Shown: positions 19,957-28,723, numbered from the stretch's first letter. The stretch: 64,000 bases of DNA from an uncultured Verrucomicrobiae bacterium (GCA_963731325.1 CAVSUL010000002.1:151421-215420); one strand, 5' to 3'. Numbers and translations: made by a program. The notes: generated by a model from the sequence alone, not told the origin.

Positions 19957-20067
19957 CAGGCGGGAGGGTCACGTTTAAACTTTCAACCTTCAGCCGTTAT
20001 TGTCTGTTTGCCTACCTGCAATTCCCGGCGCTGAATGTTGAACGTTTGGGCGTGACCCTTCCGCCTG
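19957..20067. repeat. Family-2 inverted-repeat element, copy B (111 bp)
   Basis: CAGGCGGGAGGGTCACGTTTAAACTTTCAACCTTCAGC ... loop ... GCTGAATGTTGAACGTTTGGGCGTGACCCTTCCGCCTG. Confidence 0.85.
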
Positions 20068-20077
20068 ACCCGCCGCC

Positions 20078-21778
20078 TCACATTCTTTCCGGCACCCCAA
20101 TTCCCAAAAGGCCGAGTCCAAGCTCCAGCACACGCGCAAAAATGTCGCAGAGCAACAAGCGGGTTGAGCGCGCCGGCTCAGCTGCCTTCAACACCGGACA
20201 AAGCTCGTAAAACCCATGGTATTCAGAAGCCAATTCGTACAAATAATTCGCGAGTATGTTCGGCCTAAAACCGTCCAGAACCGCGGGAACCATCTCCGGA
20301 AAAAGAAGGAGCTTTTTCGCCAGGGCAAGTTCCGCCGGTTCGCGCAACGAGACCGTGCCCGCCCAGACGAACGGCTCATTGAGCCGGCGAAAAATCGACC
20401 TGCTGCGGACAAAAGCGTTCTGGAGATAAGGAGCGGTGTTGCCTTGCAAAGCCAGAAGCTTCTCCCACGAAAAGACATAGTCTGTCATCCGATGCTGTGA
20501 CAATTCCGCGTATTTCAGTGCGCCGATTCCTACCGTTCGCGCAACCGCTTCGCGCTCTTCTGCAGAGAGCTGCGGGTTCTTCTCACGCACCAGGTTTCTC
20601 GCCCGATCGATCGCCTCGTCCAGCAAATCTTTGAGCGGTACCAAATCGCCGGAACGCGTCCGCATCAATTTGCGATCGGCACCCAGGATATTGCCGAAAT
20701 CGATGTGCGCCAGCTCGATGTCGTAACCGATTTGGCGAGCAAGACCGAAGAGCATTTGAAAATGGAGGCGCTGCGGGGCGCCGACGACGTACCAGATGCT
20801 TCCGGGCTGCCAACGGCCCACTCGGTACTTCAGTGTGGCCAGATCGGTTGCCGCGTAGTTGTATCCGCCATCCGACTTTCGAATAATAAATGGGTCTGGG
20901 GAGAGCGACCGATCCCAGTACACCACCGCGCCCTGGCTCTCTTCGGCCAGTCCGCGCTTCAGCAATTCCTCGACGATTTCGGGAAGCAAAAAATGATAGA
21001 AACTCTCGCCCAATTGCTCGTCAAAATGGACATCCAGGCGTTCGTAAATTTCGGAAAACTCCTGTTTCGAAAGTTCAAGGCACTCTCGCCAGATCGCAAC
21101 CATGTCGGAATCCCCTTGCTGCAGTCTGACCAGATTCTGGCGACAGATCTCGAGAATTGCCGGATCATTCTTCGAAAGGACTTCCGCCTCGCGATAAAGC
21201 CGGACAAGTTCCGCCATCGGGTCGATGGCGAGCGCAGCCCGGTCGAGCAAATGCTGCCACCCGTAAATCAGTTTCCCAAACTGGGTACCCCAGTCCCCGA
21301 CGTGATTGTCGCTGATCACCCGGTGCCCCAGAAATCGACTGATCCGCACGAGTGCGTCACCCAGTACGGTCGAACGAATATGCCCGACATGCATCGGTTT
21401 AGCGATATTGGGAGAACTGAAATCGACGACAATCGTTTTCGGGTTTGCGCTCTCCGCGACACCCAAGCGCGGGTCATGCGCCATTTTCTTGATCTCCTCA
21501 TCGAGAAATCCGGCGCCAAATCGAAAATTGATAAAACCAGGTCCAGCGACTTCGGCCGGCGCGCCCAGGTCGGTTACCACGAGGCGCTCGACGATTCGAG
21601 TCGCCAGTGCCCGCGGATTCGTTCCCAGCGACTTCCCCAGAGTAAGCGCAAGATTGGTTTGGTAATCGCCGTGCCGGCCGTCCGACGCGGGCGTCACCTC
21701 AACCGGTGCATCGGGCAGTTCAGCTGCGCGCAAAGCAGCGCGCAAACGAGCTTCCAGATTTTGAGCCAATGTCGCCAT
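20078..21778 (-). CDS. argS: Arginine--tRNA ligase
   Basis: 566 aa, class I HIGH motif (PMHVGHIRSTVLGD), ArgRS N-terminal domain and DALR anticodon-binding region. Confidence 0.9.
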   Translation of the reverse strand: MATLAQNLEARLRAALRAAELPDAPVEVTPASDGRHGDYQTNLALTLGKSLGTNPRALATRIVERLVVTDLGAPAEVAGPGFINFRFGAGFLDEEIKKMAHDPRLGVAESANPKTIVVDFSSPNIAKPMHVGHIRSTVLGDALVRISRFLGHRVISDNHVGDWGTQFGKLIYGWQHLLDRAALAIDPMAELVRLYREAEVLSKNDPAILEICRQNLVRLQQGDSDMVAIWRECLELSKQEFSEIYERLDVHFDEQLGESFYHFLLPEIVEELLKRGLAEESQGAVVYWDRSLSPDPFIIRKSDGGYNYAATDLATLKYRVGRWQPGSIWYVVGAPQRLHFQMLFGLARQIGYDIELAHIDFGNILGADRKLMRTRSGDLVPLKDLLDEAIDRARNLVREKNPQLSAEEREAVARTVGIGALKYAELSQHRMTDYVFSWEKLLALQGNTAPYLQNAFVRSRSIFRRLNEPFVWAGTVSLREPAELALAKKLLLFPEMVPAVLDGFRPNILANYLYELASEYHGFYELCPVLKAAEPARSTRLLLCDIFARVLELGLGLLGIGVPERM

Positions 21779-21780
21779 TT

Positions 21781-21835
21781 AGAAATTGCCAGAAACGGCA
21801 CAAGCTCCCGGCTTGTGCCGTTTCTGGCAATTTCT
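21781..21835 (-). promoter_or_regulatory. Perfect 25-bp stem / 5-nt loop filling the ptsN-argS spacer (function unknown)
   Basis: AGAAATTGCCAGAAACGGCACAAGC-TCCCG-GCTTGTGCCGTTTCTGGCAATTTCT; the arms are exact reverse complements. It overlaps the ptsN stop by 1 nt and ends 2 nt from the argS ATG. No U-tract follows it. Confidence 0.6.
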
Positions 21836-22311
21836 CACGGCGTCTGCGGACGGGACGCTTTATTGTCGAAAATAGCGAGGATTTCATCGGCATTGTCAGC
21901 CTTGCCCAATTGCTCCCGAACATTTTTATCATTCAGAAACTTGGCGATGGCCGCCAACGTGCGCAGATGTACCTGGAACTGGTCCTTTGGCACGACAAAC
22001 AACACGATGAATTTGACTAAAGAATTGTCGAGAGAATCGAACTCTATTCCAGTCGTCGACCGGCCGAAGGCTGCAATCACCTCGGAAACACAGTTCGACG
22101 AGGCATGAGGAATTGCGATGCCAAAGCCGATACCGGTGCTCATCGTCTCCTCTCGCTGGCGAAGAGCGCTCAGGATGGACTCACGGTCAGACACTTTGAC
22201 CCGCCCCTTGTCGACCAGCAAATCAATCAATTCGACAATGGCAGCCCACCTCTCGGAGGCCTTCATTTCAGGAATGATTTGATTGACGGATAGAAGAGAG
22301 CCCAAAGTCAT
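21835..22311 (-). CDS. ptsN: PTS EIIA-Ntr type regulatory protein
   Basis: 158 aa, EIIA(Fru/Ntr) fold with phosphorylatable His in GFGIAIPHA. Confidence 0.8.
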   Translation of the reverse strand: MTLGSLLSVNQIIPEMKASERWAAIVELIDLLVDKGRVKVSDRESILSALRQREETMSTGIGFGIAIPHASSNCVSEVIAAFGRSTTGIEFDSLDNSLVKFIVLFVVPKDQFQVHLRTLAAIAKFLNDKNVREQLGKADNADEILAIFDNKASRPQTP

Positions 22312-22489
22312 AGCTCAGGAACGGAAATTCCGCACCTTATCAAGACCCACCTCTTTGACAAGGACCATTCACTGCGAAGCTGGGATCGGCACGGCCAAGG
22401 GAATACCTTTTGAAAACCGCAGTTGTTGAACTACTGGCAATACCTATAAACACCTGAATGGAAAACGGAAACGAGGAGGAACCTATCGC

Positions 22490-23929
22490 ATGAAGATTTT
22501 AATGGCAACGAGCGAGTTTGCACCGCTGACAAATGCTGGCGGCCTGGGTGATCAGGTCAAGATACTGGCGACGGAGTTGAAAAAGTCGGGCCATGACGTC
22601 AGCGTCGCACTGCCCTGCTATCGATCTGCTCAAGAGAGCAAGCAAAGTATCCGATCTGCCGGCATCGATTTCCAGATCAACCTGGGTGGGAAAAAAGCTA
22701 CGGCGGAAATCCTCGAAACAGTCGGTCCCGATGAGATCCAGACCTTTCTCGTTCGGCGCGATGAATATTTCGATCGCAGCGGAATCTATGGGAGCGACGG
22801 CCGTGCATACGAGGATAACGCTGAGCGGTTTATCTTTTTCGCAAAAGCAGTGCTCGAGCTCTCTCGGCATCTCAGCCCGACCCCCGATATCCTGCATAGC
22901 CATGACTGGCCGACCGCCTTGATTCCCGTGTTCGTCAAGGAGCGGCAGCTTCCATTCCTGTCGGTGCTCAGTATTTACAGCCTGGAACACCAAGGCTCGT
23001 TTTGGAGCTTCGATTTTGCTTTAACGAACCTTCCAGGCAGCTATTTCGGCCCGCGCGGGGTCGAATTCTACGGGCGGCTAAACTTTCTCAAAGCTGGTAT
23101 TCTCTATAGCGACGCGGTCGTGCTCCCGGGCGAGTTAGCCGTGGATTCGGGATTGAGCGCGGAAGGCGGCTACGGTCTGCACCTCGTTTTGCAGGAAAAT
23201 GCCTCCCGGACGTTCGGCATTTTGCCCGGAGTCGACTATACCGTGACAAATCTGCCCCTGGACAAGCTGCTCGGCAGACGTCAACGCAACGGCAACTACG
23301 CCGGCAAGGCGGCGGCACGAGAGGCCGCGCTCAAGCAATTCGGTCTCAACCCTACCGAGGGTCTCGTTCTTGCCTGCGCTTCCCAAAACCCTTCGCCGAC
23401 TGCTTTCGGCGAGATTTCTTCCCTACTCGACCTTATTCTTTCCGGCGACCAGAGGTTGCTTATCGCTGGAGACATACCCGCAGAGTTTCTGCCCGACGTA
23501 TTAGTCGCCGAACGCAAGTATCCCGGCCGCCTTGCGCGCGTCGCCGGTGAGGATCGCAAAACCCACCACCTGCTTTTGGCTGGTGCCGACGCGCTGATTC
23601 TGCCCCAGTTGACCGAGAGGGAGTACATCGATCTCGTGGCGGCCCTGCGTTATGGTACGATCCCGATCACCAGTTTTCGCCGAGGTCTGTCCCAATTGGT
23701 ACAAGACTTGGACCCGTCGGCCAACGACGGATTTGCCTTTGTCTATTATCGCCAGTCGGCCGCCGCGCTCAGGGATGCCGTTCGACGCGCGCAGCAAACG
23801 CACCGGCACGCCGAGCACTGGAATGCGCTGGTCGAGCGCGCGCGCGCCGTTGATTTCTCCTGGTCCGAGTCCGCCAAAGCGTACGTGCGGCTCTATTCCA
23901 ATCTTCTGCGGCACCGCCAGGCCGCCTGA
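22490..23929 (+). CDS. glgA: Glycogen synthase (GT5)
   Basis: 479 aa. N-terminal MKILMATSEFAPLTNAGGLGDQV. Preceded by the SD-like GAGGAGGA. Confidence 0.85.
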   Translation: MKILMATSEFAPLTNAGGLGDQVKILATELKKSGHDVSVALPCYRSAQESKQSIRSAGIDFQINLGGKKATAEILETVGPDEIQTFLVRRDEYFDRSGIYGSDGRAYEDNAERFIFFAKAVLELSRHLSPTPDILHSHDWPTALIPVFVKERQLPFLSVLSIYSLEHQGSFWSFDFALTNLPGSYFGPRGVEFYGRLNFLKAGILYSDAVVLPGELAVDSGLSAEGGYGLHLVLQENASRTFGILPGVDYTVTNLPLDKLLGRRQRNGNYAGKAAAREAALKQFGLNPTEGLVLACASQNPSPTAFGEISSLLDLILSGDQRLLIAGDIPAEFLPDVLVAERKYPGRLARVAGEDRKTHHLLLAGADALILPQLTEREYIDLVAALRYGTIPITSFRRGLSQLVQDLDPSANDGFAFVYYRQSAAALRDAVRRAQQTHRHAEHWNALVERARAVDFSWSESAKAYVRLYSNLLRHRQAA

Positions 23930-23987
23930 AGAAAACCAATCGATCCTTTCGTCCGCCCGGTTCCATGTCGAACCCGGAGAAAGAAAC

Positions 23988-25367
23988 ATGTTACCTGAAG
24001 CAAGACACCCTCTGCCGGGTCCACGCTCAAGCCTGCTGGCCAAAGAATTGCGCCACTACGAGAATCGCAACGTCACCTACACCGGCAAACATTTTCCGAT
24101 CTTCTGGGAAAGAGCGCTCGGAGTGAACGTCTGGGATGTCGATCAAAATCGGTTTCTGGACCTGACGGCAGGTTTCGCGGTGGCTTCTCTGGGACATTCT
24201 CACCCGGCGATCCGCGCTGCCGCGATCGAGCAATCCGAGAAGCTCATTCACGCACTGGGCGATGTGCATCCGGCCGCCAATAAACCCGCCCTTTGCCGGC
24301 GCCTCAGCGAGATCACCTTCGAGCGTTGGCAGCTCGGACCGGGTAAAGTGACCTTGTGCAATTCCGGATTCGAAGCCGTGGAAGTCGCGATGAAGACATC
24401 GCTGCTCCAAACTGGAAAAACCGGAATGATCGGTTTTGGCGGCAGCTATCACGGCCTGGGATACGGCGCTTTGAACGTGATTGGTATTCCCTGGTTCCGG
24501 GATCCCTTCCGCGCACAACTGCGGGACCTGACAACCTGGATTCCTTTTCCCTATTGTTACCGTTGCCCGTTCGGTCGCAAAGAAGGTCACCGCCTCGAGG
24601 GCTCGAAATTTCCTAATTGCGCCACTTCTTGCCTCGAGCAAATCGAACAGCAAATCGTGGCAACGATTCGCCAACGACCGATTGGTTGCATCCTCGTCGA
24701 ACCGTGCCTGGGACGGGGAGGAGAAATCGTTCCGCCGCTTGATTTTTTGCGATTGCTCCGACAGATCAGCGACACCTACAAGATCATTCTGATTTTCGAC
24801 GAGATTTATACTGGCTTCAATCGAACGGGAGCATTGTTTGCTTCCGATCTGTTCGGCACGTACCCAGATCTGCTCTGTCTCGGAAAGGGCCTTACCAATG
24901 GTTTTCCTTTGTCTGCTTGCGTCGGGCGTGGAGAGATCATGGACGCCTGGCCGCGGTCCGCCGGCGAAGCGTTGCATACCTCCACTTTCCTGGGAAACCC
25001 GCTTGGCTGCGCAGTGGCGCTTGCCTCCATCGAGCTCCATTCGGATCCGGCTTTGGCCACCAGAGTAAGGTCTCTCGGCCGACATTTTTTGAATGGCTTG
25101 CGGGGAATCCGCTCGCCGGCCATCGGCGACGTGCGCGGGTTGGGATTGTTTCTTGCGGTCGAACTGGTTGAGGCAAACGGCGGCCCGAATTCCGCTCTAG
25201 CTTCCGACGTTGTGGAGCGCGCTCTCCTGGACGGACTGCTCCTGCTGAAGAGCGGACCATCGGGAAACGTGCTTTCCTTCACGCCGCCGTTCTGCATCGA
25301 ACCTGCCGAAATCGATTTTGTCTGTCAGCGGCTTGAAGGGTACTTGCGTTTGGGATCCGTCTCGTAA
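23988..25367 (+). CDS. Class-III PLP-dependent aminotransferase (acetylornithine/GABA aminotransferase family)
   Basis: Start taken at MLPEARHPLPGPRS, downstream of the glgA stop. DEIYTGFNRTG and LCLGKGLTNGFP (PLP lysine region) are present. Confidence 0.8.
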   Translation: MLPEARHPLPGPRSSLLAKELRHYENRNVTYTGKHFPIFWERALGVNVWDVDQNRFLDLTAGFAVASLGHSHPAIRAAAIEQSEKLIHALGDVHPAANKPALCRRLSEITFERWQLGPGKVTLCNSGFEAVEVAMKTSLLQTGKTGMIGFGGSYHGLGYGALNVIGIPWFRDPFRAQLRDLTTWIPFPYCYRCPFGRKEGHRLEGSKFPNCATSCLEQIEQQIVATIRQRPIGCILVEPCLGRGGEIVPPLDFLRLLRQISDTYKIILIFDEIYTGFNRTGALFASDLFGTYPDLLCLGKGLTNGFPLSACVGRGEIMDAWPRSAGEALHTSTFLGNPLGCAVALASIELHSDPALATRVRSLGRHFLNGLRGIRSPAIGDVRGLGLFLAVELVEANGGPNSALASDVVERALLDGLLLLKSGPSGNVLSFTPPFCIEPAEIDFVCQRLEGYLRLGSVS

Positions 25368-25645
25368 TCCAGCACCAGCGATTCGGCGGTATTCGGCTTG
25401 ATCGTCTCTTCGACAAACTTGATGTAGATCGGATCCTCCTGGAAGATCGCCAGACGCTCTTTGGAGTCGAATTCTACTGCCAGGAAAAAGGGCCAAACAT
25501 TATTATGATCGGTTCGCCGGCCGCACCGCACGTTCATCGCGACTCCAATTTTCAGGAGCTGCATGCGCGTTTGCATCATAATCTCCTCGAGACCTTCCGG
25601 CGTCACTTCTGGTCTGAGTTTATAGAGAACAATATGATGAATCAT
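25325..25645 (-). CDS. Dabb (stress-responsive alpha/beta barrel) family protein
   Basis: 106 aa. MIHHIVLYKLRPEVT... is typical of Dabb domains. Its 3' end overlaps the convergent aminotransferase gene by 43 bp. Confidence 0.7.
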   Translation of the reverse strand: MIHHIVLYKLRPEVTPEGLEEIMMQTRMQLLKIGVAMNVRCGRRTDHNNVWPFFLAVEFDSKERLAIFQEDPIYIKFVEETIKPNTAESLVLDYETDPKRKYPSSR

Positions 25646-25730
25646 ACACGCTGCGCGATGGGAGCGTATTCTTCTAGATAAGTCCGTGTCATCGAGGCAA
25701 GCTCTAATGCAGCGGCTTGAGCGGCTCGCG

Positions 25731-25852
25731 GGGTAGGATAAGCTTCCAGCTTGTCAGCTTTTGAACCGGCAGGATGGGTCTGTCGGACTTTAAGGTGGGA
25801 TAAGCTTCCAGCTTGTCTGCTTTTTTAAACCGGCAGGATGCCGGCGCTACTT
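25731..25852. repeat. Family-3 two-hairpin repeat, two tandem units
   Basis: GGATAAGCTTCCAGCTTGTCAGCTTTTGAACCGGCAGGATGG, then GTCTGTCGGACTTTAAGGTGGGATAAGCTTCCAGCTTGTCTGCTTTTTTAAACCGGCAGGATGCCGG. Confidence 0.85.
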
Positions 25853-25883
25853 GGTACGGACCTCCGCGCTGCGTAGAAGCCGC

Positions 25884-26714
25884 TCAGGCCGATCCCCTTG
25901 CGGCCAACATGGTGATCCATTTGCCCCTGGTCACCTCTCGCCGGATCTCGCCCTGCCGGCGCCCGATGCTTTGCCTGACCGCTTCTGCCTGGTCATGAAG
26001 AATTCCGGATACAATCAGACTTCCGCCGGTTGCGAGCGCACCCCAGATTCGAGGCATTCCGGCAACCAGGGCGTCTCCATACAAATTCGCACACACGATT
26101 TCGAAGCGTTGCGACCCAGACCAGCGCTGGATACCGACTCGGCGGAAACGTATTTCATGGACATTGTTGGCTTTCGCATTCTGTTTCGCGATGGAGACCG
26201 CAGTCGAGTCCGGGTCGATTCCAACAACCCTCCTTGCGCCGAGCGCGGCCGCCGCAATCGCCAGAATTCCTGTGCCCGTGCCGACATCCAGAAAATCCCA
26301 CGGCCTTCCCGTTGGCGCCACGTCGCAAAGCATTCGCAGACAAGTGGCCGTCGTCGCGTGTTCTCCCGTACCGAAGGCCAGCCCGGCCGGAATGTAAATA
26401 TTCGTGATCCCCGACCGCCGCGCGGCCTTGCTGTCGTCGTTGACAATCTGGAGCCGGCCTCTGATGGAGATCGGGATTTTGCGGATCACGCCCTTGACCC
26501 AATCGGCGCTGGACCTGGACAGATTCCTGGTCTGGCCGCCGAAACGTTGAAGCAGCATCTCGCTCTCCTGTCCGGTGAGATCAAACAGCTCGAAACGAGC
26601 ACGGCTCGAACCGGAAAAATGGGTGATTACGAGTCTCTCTGGCCCAAGGAATGAAAGTCGCTCTTCCCAGGCGTCAATCCACTTCGCCGTCGTTATTTTT
26701 CGCCAGACGAGCAT
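25884..26714 (-). CDS. prmA: Ribosomal protein L11 methyltransferase
   Basis: 276 aa, SAM-binding DVGTGTGILAIAAAALGA, PrmA-like N-terminus. Confidence 0.8.
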   Translation of the reverse strand: MLVWRKITTAKWIDAWEERLSFLGPERLVITHFSGSSRARFELFDLTGQESEMLLQRFGGQTRNLSRSSADWVKGVIRKIPISIRGRLQIVNDDSKAARRSGITNIYIPAGLAFGTGEHATTATCLRMLCDVAPTGRPWDFLDVGTGTGILAIAAAALGARRVVGIDPDSTAVSIAKQNAKANNVHEIRFRRVGIQRWSGSQRFEIVCANLYGDALVAGMPRIWGALATGGSLIVSGILHDQAEAVRQSIGRRQGEIRREVTRGKWITMLAARGSA

Positions 26715-26716
26715 AT

Positions 26717-26765
26717 GCGTTTCACGTTTCGCATCTCACGTTTCGGGTTTCGCGTTTTAGATTTA
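26717..26765. repeat. Heptamer tandem array (GTTTCRC type), 7 units
   Basis: GCGTTTC ACGTTTC GCATCTC ACGTTTC GGGTTTC GCGTTTT AGATTTA. It starts 2 nt from the prmA ATG. Confidence 0.85.
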
Positions 26766-26866
26766 GCAGTTCGCCGGTTCATCAGCTCATCGCCTTTATT
26801 CAGTGACCGATCGCGACACATTCCTTGGTTGAAAACCGGGTTGCTCACATATAGTGAGAGGTTTTT

Positions 26867-28030
26867 ATGCAACTTTCCTCACGAGCCAACAGCCTAACTC
26901 CCTCCCTTTCCCTCTCGGTCGACAGCAAGGCCAAGGCGATGAAAGCAGAAGGGATCGATGTTTGCAGCTTCGGCGCGGGCGAGCCCGATTTTGACACTCC
27001 CGATCATATCAAAGCTGCGGCGATTGCCTCGCTGGAAGCAGGATTTACGAAATACACGCCGAGTTCAGGCACTCCCGAGCTGCGCCAGGCAATTGCCGAC
27101 AAGTTCCTCCTGGACAACGGGTTAGAGTATAAGCCGTCGCAGATCATTGTAAGCTGTGGCGCGAAACATTCCTGTTACAACGCCATCCTCGCGACCTGTC
27201 AGCCGGGCGATGAAGTCGTCATTCCTGCACCGTACTGGCTCAGCTATCCTGAGATGGTGCGGTTGGCTGGCGCCGAGCCGATCTTCGTTCAAACGAAAGA
27301 GGAGAACGGCTGGAAAATCACTCCGGAAGAGTTTGAGAATGCGATGACGCCGCGGACAAAAATGATCATTCTGAACTCTCCGAATAACCCGACCGGAGCG
27401 GTTTACTCGAAGGAAGAACTGGAAGGCATTGGAGCGGTCGCCGCCGAGGAGGAAATCCTCATCCTTTCGGACGAGATCTACGAAAAGCTGGTCTACGACG
27501 GCGTGGAACATGTCAGCATCGCGTCGCTCAATCCAGACTTTTACCAGCTCACTGTGACAGTAAATGGGTTTAGCAAATCGTACGCGATGACTGGCTGGCG
27601 CCTGGGATACCTGGGGGCTCCGGATCTTATCGCGAAGGCCATCGACTCTATCCAGAGCCACGTCACCTCGAATCCATGTTCTTTTGCTCAAAAGGGCGCT
27701 CTCGCAGCTTTGAAGGGCGATCAACAACCGCTGGCTGATATGCGTGAAGAATTCAATTTGCGTCGCGAATACATGGCAGATCGGTTTTCCAAAATGGAAA
27801 AGGTGACCTTTGCCCGCCCGGCGGGCGCATTCTACTTTCTGGTGAATGTGAGCAAGCTGGGACTGACCTCACAAAACTTCGCCGATCGGCTCCTGAGCAA
27901 ATTCAATGTCGCGGTCGTTCCGGGCGCGGCGTTTGGGGACGATCGCACGATCCGGTTCAGTTACGCTACGAGTCTGGATGTGATCAAGAAAGGTCTGGAC
28001 CGGTTTGAAGAGTTTTGCCGGACCCTGTGA
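26867..28030 (+). CDS. Aspartate/aromatic aminotransferase (class I/II PLP enzyme)
   Basis: 387 aa, NGFSKSYAMTGWRLGY PLP-lysine motif. Confidence 0.9.
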   Translation: MQLSSRANSLTPSLSLSVDSKAKAMKAEGIDVCSFGAGEPDFDTPDHIKAAAIASLEAGFTKYTPSSGTPELRQAIADKFLLDNGLEYKPSQIIVSCGAKHSCYNAILATCQPGDEVVIPAPYWLSYPEMVRLAGAEPIFVQTKEENGWKITPEEFENAMTPRTKMIILNSPNNPTGAVYSKEELEGIGAVAAEEEILILSDEIYEKLVYDGVEHVSIASLNPDFYQLTVTVNGFSKSYAMTGWRLGYLGAPDLIAKAIDSIQSHVTSNPCSFAQKGALAALKGDQQPLADMREEFNLRREYMADRFSKMEKVTFARPAGAFYFLVNVSKLGLTSQNFADRLLSKFNVAVVPGAAFGDDRTIRFSYATSLDVIKKGLDRFEEFCRTL

Positions 28031-28053
28031 GCGGGTGTGGGTGCCGGCGCCAG

Positions 28054-28196
28054 TTGGGACCTATGGGACTCATGGGACCCATAGGACTCATGGGACCTAT
28101 GGGACTCATGGGACCTATGGGACTCATGGACCCATAGGACTCACAGGACTCGTGAGACCTATGGGACCCATGGGACTTATTGGACCCATGAGCCCT
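28054..28196. repeat. 9-bp tandem array, 16 units (ATGGGACYY)
   Basis: TTGGGACCT ATGGGACTC ATGGGACCC ATAGGACTC ATGGGACCT ATGGGACTC and so on. One unit is 8 nt (28126-28133). Lies between convergent genes. Confidence 0.9.
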
Positions 28197-28222
28197 GTGG
28201 AAACATTTGCGAGCGATGCAGG

Positions 28223-28672
28223 TTAGCGACCCAGCAGACGCTCCCACTGAAGAATGCTCGCTTTCCAATAGGTGGGATCGGCAGCGCAGTACAACACAGC
28301 AATCTGACTCAACATGTTCCGGCCGCGAAATGGCCTTCGGTTCAGGAGCTGTGCCGCATAGTAAATGGAATCTTCCGCCTTGGAAAAGCGCTTCGCGCCC
28401 CTGGACGTCATCAATCCCATCCAATTGTTCTTCTTCCGCGCCGCGACGCTTTTCCATCTGCCTGTCTCATGCGCCGAGATGGCAGCGAGCACCAATGGAT
28501 CAAGCCGGTACGTCCGAGCGGCGTCTACGAACACATGTCCGGAACCAGCCGGGACCTTTTTCTCCAGGGCCACCGGATCAACCGCGCGAAAGACCCTGAT
28601 GTTCTGGTCGGCGGCATGAGTCGAGAAGTGGATACCGAGGAGTAAAGTCGTACTGATGATCCAAGCCTTCAT
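28223..28672 (-). CDS. Secreted lytic transglycosylase-like (SLT domain) protein
   Basis: Start taken at MKAWIISTTLLLGIHFSTHA (signal-like). LVLAAISAHETG resembles the SLT catalytic Glu motif. Confidence 0.6.
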   Translation of the reverse strand: MKAWIISTTLLLGIHFSTHAADQNIRVFRAVDPVALEKKVPAGSGHVFVDAARTYRLDPLVLAAISAHETGRWKSVAARKKNNWMGLMTSRGAKRFSKAEDSIYYAAQLLNRRPFRGRNMLSQIAVLYCAADPTYWKASILQWERLLGR

Positions 28673-28723
28673 GAATTTGTCGTAATACGGGCACAAATCC
28701 TCTCTTGGCAAGGAATTTCGGAC

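Noticed and set aside
19042-20067. Idea that phoU plus its flanking family-2 repeats is a composite mobile unit
   Set aside because: There is no transposase or recombinase. The two copies differ in length, no target duplication is visible, and the repeats look like the same kind of intergenic hairpin seen elsewhere. It is kept only as a context observation in the findings.
20705-22108. 467-aa plus-strand ORF spanning the argS and ptsN region
   Set aside because: It is antisense to two genes with clear family motifs (ArgRS HIGH region, EIIA-Ntr His). Its own sequence is R/S/P-rich with no recognisable motif. This is a typical shadow ORF of a GC-rich coding strand.
24027-25085. 352-aa minus-strand ORF opposite the class-III aminotransferase. 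Similar antisense ORFs lie at 1423-2391, 16186-17028 and 35055-36101.
   Set aside because: In each case the opposite strand carries a protein with clear family motifs. These ORFs are Arg/Ser/Pro-rich shadow frames.
27984-28457. ORFs reading through the 9-bp array (GTHGTYGTH and PIGPMSPIG repeats)
   Set aside because: They stay open only because the period is a multiple of three. Both flanking genes are complete without them, and no start context or additional domain is present.
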